DNA of 64,000 bases from Candidatus Acidiferrum sp. (lineage in GTDB: Bacteria; Acidobacteriota; Terriglobia; Acidiferrales; UBA7541). Shown here in pieces: positions 57,579-64,000 of the stretch. The notes beneath the pieces were generated by a model. That model did not search any database. It saw only the letters and a list, made by a program, of their open reading frames with translations, and had not been told where the DNA came from. Both the position numbers and the translations under genes were made by a program. The stretch spans positions 8,784 to 72,783 of the forward strand of contig DATNMD010000049.1 of the NCBI GenBank assembly GCA_035602505.1, in the 5' to 3' direction. Position 1 is the first letter of the stretch. Each line of letters starts with the position of its first letter.

Positions 57579-60500
57579 ATGAAATTGGCATTCGAGCAGA
57601 TTCGATTGTCGGCGACCGACTTGAGCAATCACTTGGCTTGCCGGCATGTGACCACGCTGGATTTGCAAGTGGTGCGGGGCGAGAAACGGGCGCCGGACTG
57701 GGCAGCGCCAGATCTTGTGGTCATTCGGGAACGCGGTGAGCGACACGAAGCAGCCTACCTTGCGTACTTGGCGCAGCAGAAAAAACTGCAAGTGGTGAAT
57801 CTTTCGGAGATCAAAGACGAGAGGGAGCTTCTCGAGAAAACGCGAAGGCTGATGGAGGAGGGTGCGGAGGTGATTGCGCAGGGTGCGCTCACGGAAGGGT
57901 ACTGGTTTGGGCGGCCGGATGTGTTGCGGCGGGTGTCGAAGCGCGGACCGAAATGGGACTGGTCGTATGAAGTAGTGGATACAAAGCTGGCGCGGGAAAC
58001 CAAGGCAGGTACGATTTTACAGATTTCGATGTATTCGGAGCTGCTGGAAAAGGCTCAGGAATGCGCGCCGGAACGGATGTGGGTCATTCCTCCCGGCGAA
58101 GATTTTGCGGGCGAAGCGTATAGAGTGGCGGAGTATGCGGCGTACTTCCGATACGTTAAGGACCGGTTGGCGCGGGCGGCGCAGAACGGCGGCGGGAGTG
58201 GGACGTACCCAGAGCCGGTGGCGCACTGCGACGTATGCCGGTGGTTTCGCGAGTGCGATACCCAGCGGCGCGGGGAGGATCACTTATCGCTGGTAGCGGG
58301 AATTCGGCGGCAGCAACGGAACCAGTTGGAAGAATGGGACACGGAGACGATGGCGAAACTGGCCGTGCTGCCGGTGCCTCTGCAGGAGAGGCCGAAGCAC
58401 GGTTCGCGAGAAGCAATCGAGCGGGTGCGGGAGCAGGGGCGCGTGCAGGTGACGGGACGCTCGGAGAAGCGGCTGGTGCATGAGCCGCTTTTGCCGGTGG
58501 CGGACGGAATGGGTCTTTGCAGATTGCCGGAGCCCTCGGCGAACGATGTGTTTGTGGATTTGGAAGGCGATCCGTTCGTGGAGCAATCGGGACTGCAATA
58601 TATGTTCGGGTTTGCATTCAAGAATGCGGGCGACGAATGGAGTTACGAGAAGCGGTGGGCGCTGAATTGCGAGGAGGAGAAAAAGGGATTCGAGTGGTTG
58701 GTCGACGAAATCATGCGGCGGCGGGAAGCCAATCCGAAGATGCATGTGTATCACTTCGGAGCGTACGAGCCGGGAACGCTGAAGCGGCTGATGGGGATGT
58801 ATGCGACTCGGGAAGACCAGATCGACCGATTGCTGCGTGCCGGCGTACTGGTGGATTTGCACCAGGCGTTCAAACAAAGCACGCTGGCAAGCGTGGAAGA
58901 GTATTCGCTGAAAAAGATTGAGGCGTTTTACAGGTTTGAGCGGAAGACGCCACTGGATGTGTCGCGAGCGGCGATGCGGTATGTGGAGCATCGTCTGGAG
59001 TTGGGCTGGGGCGATGAAGAACTGCCGAAGTCGATTCGCGAAGCCATGGAGGGATATAACAGCGAAGATTGTTTTTCTGCGGCGAAGCTGAGGGATTGGT
59101 TGGAGGCGAGACGGGAGGAACTGGTGGAGCGCGGAGTGAGCGTTCCGCGGCCGCCGGAGAAGACTGGAGATCCTTCCGAGAAACTGCAAGAGAAACTCGA
59201 CCGTGCGGCTGCGCTAACCCAACGGCTTTCTGAGGGCATTCCGGCCAACGCAAAGGCATGGTCGGAAGAACAATCAGCACAGTGGCTCTTAGCACAGCTT
59301 TTGAGCTGGCACCGGCGCGAGGACAAACGGGCCTGGCAAGAAGGCTATCGATTCGCGGAAATGGAAGATGAAGAGTTGCTGGATGAGCGGGTAGGTCTGA
59401 CGCGTATGCGCTTTGTGGAACGAGTGGATGCCGGACGACAGGTTCCAACGGACCGGTATATGTTTGACCAGCAAAAGAGCAACGTAAGAGTCGGCAAGAG
59501 TGTGTACTTCTGGGATGACCGATTTGGCGAGGTCGTTGCAATCGACCATGCTCAGGGAATCGCTGACATCAAGAAGATGAAAAGAACGGCTGACGTCCAT
59601 CCTCCGACGGTCTACATGTGGGACGCCCCGCTCAACACCGACGCGCAGGCGGGCTCGCTGTATCGGATCGGCGACTGGGTGGCATCAAAGGAAGTCGACG
59701 CACACGGGCCCTATCGTGCGGGACGAGATTTGCTACTGCGAAGGCCGCCGCGTCTTCTGAATGGGGAAAAGCTGAAGCCGCTGGCCTCCGAAAAGCCCGA
59801 AAACACCGCAAGCCGCATTGCGCTAGCGCTAGATGACTCGGTTTTTGCGATCCAAGGGCCTCCCGGATCCGGAAAGACGTACACGGGCGCGCGCATGATC
59901 TGCGAACTGGTGAAACGAGGGAAAAAGATTGGCGTGACGGCGCTGAGCCACAAAGTGATTCGCAACCTGCTGGAGGCCGTGGTTGAGGCAGGTCGCGAGA
60001 AGGGCGTAGACGGAGTGCGATGCATGCATCGACAGCCCGGCGGCGAGGAAAGCGATGGCGTTGCGGTGGCGAAAAAAGATAATGAAGAAGCATGGGACGC
60101 TCTGCATTCGCGAAGGACTAATGTTTTGGGAGGGGTTTCGTGGTTGTGGTCGCCGGAGCCAGCATTTGAATCGGTGGACGTGCTGTTCATCGATGAGGCG
60201 GGGCAGATGGCGCTTGCGGATGTGATTGCGGTGTCGCAGGCGGCAAAGAACATGGTTTTGCTCGGCGATCCGCAGCAGTTAGAGCGGCCGTTGAAGGGGA
60301 GCCATCCGGGTGGAGCAGAAAAATCGGCGCTGGAGCATCTGCTGAATGGGCGGAAGACGATTCCAGAGGATATGGGATTTCTATTGCCGGAGAGCTGGAG
60401 ATTGCATCCTGAGGTTTGCAAATTTACCTCTGAGGTTTTTTATGAGGGCAAGCTGAGCTCGCATGCGATTGCGCGGAGCAGAGTTTTGGAAGGGCATGCA

Positions 60501-61010
60501 TGGCTGGAGAGGCCTGGGTTGTGGTTTGTTCCGGTGGAGCATGAGGGGAACCGGAACTCGTGCGCGGAGGAAGTGGAAGTCGCGGCGCGGATTGTAGAGG
60601 GATTGCTGAAGCCGAAAGTGAAATGGTTTTACGGCGCGGGCAATAGCCGGCGGCTGAAGGAAGAAGACATCTTGATTGTAGCGCCGTATAACGCACAGGT
60701 AGCGGATTTGTCGGTGCGGTTGCCGAAAATGCGGATCGGAACGGTGGACAAATTTCAGGGGCAGGAGGCGCCGGTGGTGATTTATTCGCTGACGACGTCG
60801 TCGCCGGAAGAGGCGCCACGGGGAATGGAGTTTCTCTACAGCCTGAACCGGTTGAATGTGGCTACATCGCGAGCTATGTCAAATGTGATCGTGGTGGGAA
60901 GCCCCAAACTGCTCGAACCAGATTGCCGGACTCCTCGGCAGATGCAATTGGCAAACGCTCTTTGCCGATACCGTGAACTGGCGAAAATCGTTGAGCTGCC
61001 CAAACCGTAG
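57579..61010 (+). CDS. TM0106-type RecB-like nuclease fused to an RNase H-like domain and a DNA2/NAM7-like SF1 helicase
   Basis: LSATDL, GRPD...VDTKLA..K, HC..C.W..EC, VDLEGDP, YSLKKIE, YN.EDC, QGPPGSGKT, IDEAGQ, LGDPQQL, VDKFQGQE and NVATSRA. Confidence 0.9.
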   Translation: MKLAFEQIRLSATDLSNHLACRHVTTLDLQVVRGEKRAPDWAAPDLVVIRERGERHEAAYLAYLAQQKKLQVVNLSEIKDERELLEKTRRLMEEGAEVIAQGALTEGYWFGRPDVLRRVSKRGPKWDWSYEVVDTKLARETKAGTILQISMYSELLEKAQECAPERMWVIPPGEDFAGEAYRVAEYAAYFRYVKDRLARAAQNGGGSGTYPEPVAHCDVCRWFRECDTQRRGEDHLSLVAGIRRQQRNQLEEWDTETMAKLAVLPVPLQERPKHGSREAIERVREQGRVQVTGRSEKRLVHEPLLPVADGMGLCRLPEPSANDVFVDLEGDPFVEQSGLQYMFGFAFKNAGDEWSYEKRWALNCEEEKKGFEWLVDEIMRRREANPKMHVYHFGAYEPGTLKRLMGMYATREDQIDRLLRAGVLVDLHQAFKQSTLASVEEYSLKKIEAFYRFERKTPLDVSRAAMRYVEHRLELGWGDEELPKSIREAMEGYNSEDCFSAAKLRDWLEARREELVERGVSVPRPPEKTGDPSEKLQEKLDRAAALTQRLSEGIPANAKAWSEEQSAQWLLAQLLSWHRREDKRAWQEGYRFAEMEDEELLDERVGLTRMRFVERVDAGRQVPTDRYMFDQQKSNVRVGKSVYFWDDRFGEVVAIDHAQGIADIKKMKRTADVHPPTVYMWDAPLNTDAQAGSLYRIGDWVASKEVDAHGPYRAGRDLLLRRPPRLLNGEKLKPLASEKPENTASRIALALDDSVFAIQGPPGSGKTYTGARMICELVKRGKKIGVTALSHKVIRNLLEAVVEAGREKGVDGVRCMHRQPGGEESDGVAVAKKDNEEAWDALHSRRTNVLGGVSWLWSPEPAFESVDVLFIDEAGQMALADVIAVSQAAKNMVLLGDPQQLERPLKGSHPGGAEKSALEHLLNGRKTIPEDMGFLLPESWRLHPEVCKFTSEVFYEGKLSSHAIARSRVLEGHAWLERPGLWFVPVEHEGNRNSCAEEVEVAARIVEGLLKPKVKWFYGAGNSRRLKEEDILIVAPYNAQVADLSVRLPKMRIGTVDKFQGQEAPVVIYSLTTSSPEEAPRGMEFLYSLNRLNVATSRAMSNVIVVGSPKLLEPDCRTPRQMQLANALCRYRELAKIVELPKP

Positions 61011-61154
61011 GTTGGGTTGGTGAGGCATCGTAACAGCATTCGAAGTAACCGCCAGACTTGCGAGTGGTACGTGATTGCGGAGTTACGGGGCTTTTCAGGG
61101 TGGGGGGCAGACAGTATACTCCGGGCAACGAAGTGCCCTTCCGGAGAGAATTCG

Positions 61155-61565
61155 ATGAGCGGTAGCAAGGGTGCGCGGCCTGCGAGCGAGGGCGTGCGGG
61201 ACCGCGCGGACGATTTTGCGAAGGCTTTCTATGGGCTGAAGCTGGTCTTCGCGAAGTACGAGAAGCATCTGCACGTCAACGCCGATACGCGGGAAAAGTA
61301 TTATTTGGAGACGCGTGCGCACAGCTACCAGGGGAAACCGCTCTTCTTCGGAGCGGTGATCCGCGGGCGAGCGGACGTCAGCTTCCACCTGATGCCGCTC
61401 TACTGGGAGCCTTCCTTGGCGAAAGGGATTTCGGCAAACCTCAAGAATCGCATGCAGGGTAAAAGCTGCTTTAATTTTTTAGGGCCCGATGCGGCCCTCT
61501 TTCGTGAACTGGCCCAATTAACCGGCCGCGGCTTCGCGCTATATAAGCGGAAAAACCTGCTCTAA
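61155..61565 (+). CDS. DUF1801/YdhG-like protein
   Basis: FFGAV.....VSFHLMPLY...LKNRMQGKSCFNF. Confidence 0.7.
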   Translation: MSGSKGARPASEGVRDRADDFAKAFYGLKLVFAKYEKHLHVNADTREKYYLETRAHSYQGKPLFFGAVIRGRADVSFHLMPLYWEPSLAKGISANLKNRMQGKSCFNFLGPDAALFRELAQLTGRGFALYKRKNLL

Positions 61566-61612
61566 GTCCTTCATATCTAAACGAACCCCGGCCTAGCGAA
61601 CTCTGCTAAAGC

Positions 61613-61637
61613 GCACAGCCAAGATTGGCTGTGCCAC
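61613..61637. repeat. REP-like perfect palindrome
   Basis: GCACAGCCAA-GA-TTGGCTGTGC followed by CAC. Confidence 0.75.
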
Positions 61638-61709
61638 AAAACCTCAGCCGCCTGCGGGATGTGCTCGGCTATGGAATACTAGGAAAGCGACATTTGCAAA
61701 CGGAGCTCT

Positions 61710-61979
61710 ATGCCTCGCTATCTCACGCAGCACACGCTCGCATGCCTGACGCGGCAGGGCGCGGAAAATCTTGCGCAACGGATGCAATCGGGCGGCACCG
61801 CGCATGCCGAGCGCGTGCTGGTCAACATGCTGGAAGGGAAAATGTTCGTGGAGTTCCGCGCCGAATCGCGAGAAGCGCTGGAGACCTGGCTCAAAACTGA
61901 AGGCATGCATTTTGACTGGCTGGTGCGCATCGAGTGGGAAACACGCGGCCAAGATGGCAAACTGCACTCCGCCGATTGA
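61710..61979 (+). CDS. Small alpha/beta barrel-type protein (DUF4242/GYD-like)
   Basis: MPRYLTQH...GKMFVEFRAESREAL; GGAG upstream. Confidence 0.6.
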   Translation: MPRYLTQHTLACLTRQGAENLAQRMQSGGTAHAERVLVNMLEGKMFVEFRAESREALETWLKTEGMHFDWLVRIEWETRGQDGKLHSAD

Positions 61980-62121
61980 GGTTTCGCGAGATGGACGGAT
62001 GGGGCGCCTCCAGCAGGAGGTTTACGATATAGCACAGGCGTTAGAGCGATGTGGTGCGAGAGCGGCGGAACTCCACTATTCTTCCTGAGGGCTATCCAAT
62101 TCCGAACGAAGGAAGGCGCGA

Positions 62122-63048
62122 ATGGCGAATTTGCGCTTTATCGTTTCCCTGACCACGAAAGACAACGATTACCAGCTAGAGCAGGCCGCGTCGGCGCAAG
62201 CTGCTGCGCAGAAACTCGGCGTCGACGTACAGATTCTGTATGCCGATAGCGACGCGATCACGCAGAGCACGCAACTGCTCAAAAGCATTCAATCGGACGC
62301 AGCGGCGCGTCCGCAGGCGATCGTCTTCGAGCCTGTCGGGGGGACGGCGTTTCCGCAGGTGGCGCAGGCGGCGGTGAGCGCGAAAATCGCGTGGGCGGCG
62401 TTGAACCGCGAAGCAGATTACATTCCGCAACTGCGCAAGTCCGCGCAAGTTCCGGTGTTCTCCATCAGCTCCGATCACAAGGAAATCGGGCGCATTCAAG
62501 GACGGCAATTTGCGGCGCTGCTGCCGAAGGGCGGCTGTGTCCTGTACATTCAGGGGCCGTCGGAAACTTCGGCGGCGCGTGACCGGACCGCGGGCATGCA
62601 GTTGACCGTTCCGCACGGCGTACAAATTATTTCGCTACGCGGCCGCTGGACGGAGGAAAGCGCGCAGCGCGCGGTGGAATCGTGGCTGCGCCTGAACACG
62701 TCGAACAAAGTGCAGATCGATGTGGTGGGCGCGCAAAACGATCTGATGGCCATCGGCGCGAGAAAAGCGTTCGAGGGCGTGTCCAATATTGCGGAACGGG
62801 AAAAGTGGCTGCGGCTTCCGTTTACCGGGGTCGACGGACTGGCAAAGACCGGGCAGGCCTGGGTGCGCACTGGCATGCTGGCGGCGACCGTCATGGTTCC
62901 GACGAACGCGGGTCAAGCCGTATCGATGCTGGTGGAGGCGCTGCGGATGGGCAGAGACGTGCCGGAGCGAACTTTTACGATGCCGGAGTCACTTCCCGCG
63001 ATCGAGAAACTCCTACCGAAGGGCGAGAAAGTTGCGCCTACTGTTTGA
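62122..63048 (+). CDS. Periplasmic-binding-protein type I (sugar-binding/LacI-like) fold protein without a signal peptide
   Basis: SDHKEIGRIQG, RTAG, GRWTEESA, AQNDLMAIGA and TGVDG; the N-terminus starts directly in the first beta strand. Confidence 0.85.
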   Translation: MANLRFIVSLTTKDNDYQLEQAASAQAAAQKLGVDVQILYADSDAITQSTQLLKSIQSDAAARPQAIVFEPVGGTAFPQVAQAAVSAKIAWAALNREADYIPQLRKSAQVPVFSISSDHKEIGRIQGRQFAALLPKGGCVLYIQGPSETSAARDRTAGMQLTVPHGVQIISLRGRWTEESAQRAVESWLRLNTSNKVQIDVVGAQNDLMAIGARKAFEGVSNIAEREKWLRLPFTGVDGLAKTGQAWVRTGMLAATVMVPTNAGQAVSMLVEALRMGRDVPERTFTMPESLPAIEKLLPKGEKVAPTV

Positions 63049-63074
63049 CGAACTCCACACACGACGAAAATGAG

Positions 63075-64000
63075 TTACTTTGGACTGTTACGTGGTGTCT
63101 GACCGAGTTGCTGCAGGTTCTCCCTGGCTAACTCGTTGTTCGGATTGAGCCGCAGGGCGCGCTCGTAATGCAGCTTGGCTTGCTTGATATCGCCGATTTC
63201 GGCGAAGGCGCTGCCCAGATTCGCTTCGGCGTTGGCGTCTTCGGGATTGATGCGTACGGCGGCCTGAAACTGCGCTAGTGCTCCGCGAAAATCACCCAGG
63301 GAAGCGAGCGCGTTGCCCAGATTGTAGCGCGCATCGAAATAATCCGGCCGCGCATTGAGCGCCGCGGTTAAATGCGGAACGGATTCTTCCGTGCGGCCGG
63401 CCGCTAGCAGCGCGGCGCCGAATGCGTTGTTCGCCGTAGGTTCATTCGGGCGGATGCGGTTGGCTTCCGCAAATTGCGCGATGGCTTCCGCGACTTCGCC
63501 TCGTGCCATCAACAAAGCTGCCAAGTTGTAATGCGCCTCGAAATTCTCGGAACTCTTCTGTAAATTGTGCCGCGCCATGGCCTCTAGAATCAGCGCTCTC
63601 GGATCGCCTTTTGCTTGCGCGGAATCTTCCGGCAGCACTTGCAGCCAAAGGTGAGCCATTTCGTCTACAGCGCGGTTTCCCGCGACAACACGCTGCAGCG
63701 GATCATTTGGATTGCGCACGTTATCGTCGGAATTGTCGTAAACGAACTTCATTGAAATCGCGGTTCCCTTGGGCAATTTGACCGGTTGGGCGTAGCGATA
63801 CACCGCCTGCCAATTCAGGTTCCAATCGGAAATATGAATGAGCATCTCGGATCGCCCGTCCGGCAATTTCGCAATGGCTTGCAGATCCTTACCGAGATAG
63901 TGCGCGTGCGGATAGATGGCGAGCACATTCACATCCACGGGCAGAGTGAATTCGTCCGTTACTACGAAATGTTTTTCGCCTGGCGGAATATCCAGCATGC
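63075..64000 (-). CDS. PHM/copper type II monooxygenase-like domain plus TPR repeats (3' part only)
   Basis: YPHAHYLG, WNLNWQ..Y and DEMAHLW, followed by about four TPR units; the start lies beyond the window. Confidence 0.8.
   Translation of the reverse strand, partial: MLDIPPGEKHFVVTDEFTLPVDVNVLAIYPHAHYLGKDLQAIAKLPDGRSEMLIHISDWNLNWQAVYRYAQPVKLPKGTAISMKFVYDNSDDNVRNPNDPLQRVVAGNRAVDEMAHLWLQVLPEDSAQAKGDPRALILEAMARHNLQKSSENFEAHYNLAALLMARGEVAEAIAQFAEANRIRPNEPTANNAFGAALLAAGRTEESVPHLTAALNARPDYFDARYNLGNALASLGDFRGALAQFQAAVRINPEDANAEANLGSAFAEIGDIKQAKLHYERALRLNPNNELARENLQQLGQTPRNSPK

Noticed and set aside
1-64000. tRNA, rRNA, tmRNA or a named riboswitch
   Set aside because: No T-loop/cloverleaf or conserved rRNA/riboswitch signature was recognised by eye; a covariance-model scan is needed to exclude them formally.

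Overview
A GC-rich bacterial chromosomal window, most likely from a soil Acidobacteriota (Terriglobia-like) organism. That assignment is inferred from the gene repertoire: ADOP-type ABC permease, BNR-repeat glycosyl hydrolase, PD40-amidohydrolase and a solo STAS protein. No rRNA, tRNA, CRISPR array, integrase or transposase could be supported. Left to right: a partial ABC permease, DUF1015 and a HAD phosphatase; a ~20 kb surface-glycan biosynthesis and tailoring cluster (three GT4, transglutaminase-like protein, AsnB, carbamoyltransferase, WecA-like transferase, Ugd, UDP-GlcA decarboxylase, WecC-like dehydrogenase, GmhA, epimerases, CpsB phosphatase); two large secreted beta-propeller hydrolases; LptD and an amidase; a translationally coupled three-gene lipid head-group operon; a CcdA/TlpA/CyaY/DsbD-alpha operon; a regulator-less CusCBA-type efflux operon; AhpD-like, radical SAM, GH78 and HicB-HicA genes; an MBL-PilZ fusion; CDF, Zn-ribbon and STAS genes; a TM0106-type nuclease-helicase; a signal-peptide-less sugar-binding protein; and a partial PHM-like/TPR gene. 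The most unusual structure is non-coding. Three copies of a 250-420 bp intergenic element (about 696-949 +, 46788-47102 +, 57027-57442 -) each combine a shared left-end motif, a near-consensus sigma70 promoter, 1-3 copies of a ~25 bp TAGAAT-N3-CACTTA-type motif (degenerate in the third copy) and an A-run/G-run end. Two copies share an identical 46 bp promoter block and face each other across a ~10.5 kb segment. Several REP-like palindrome families are also present.
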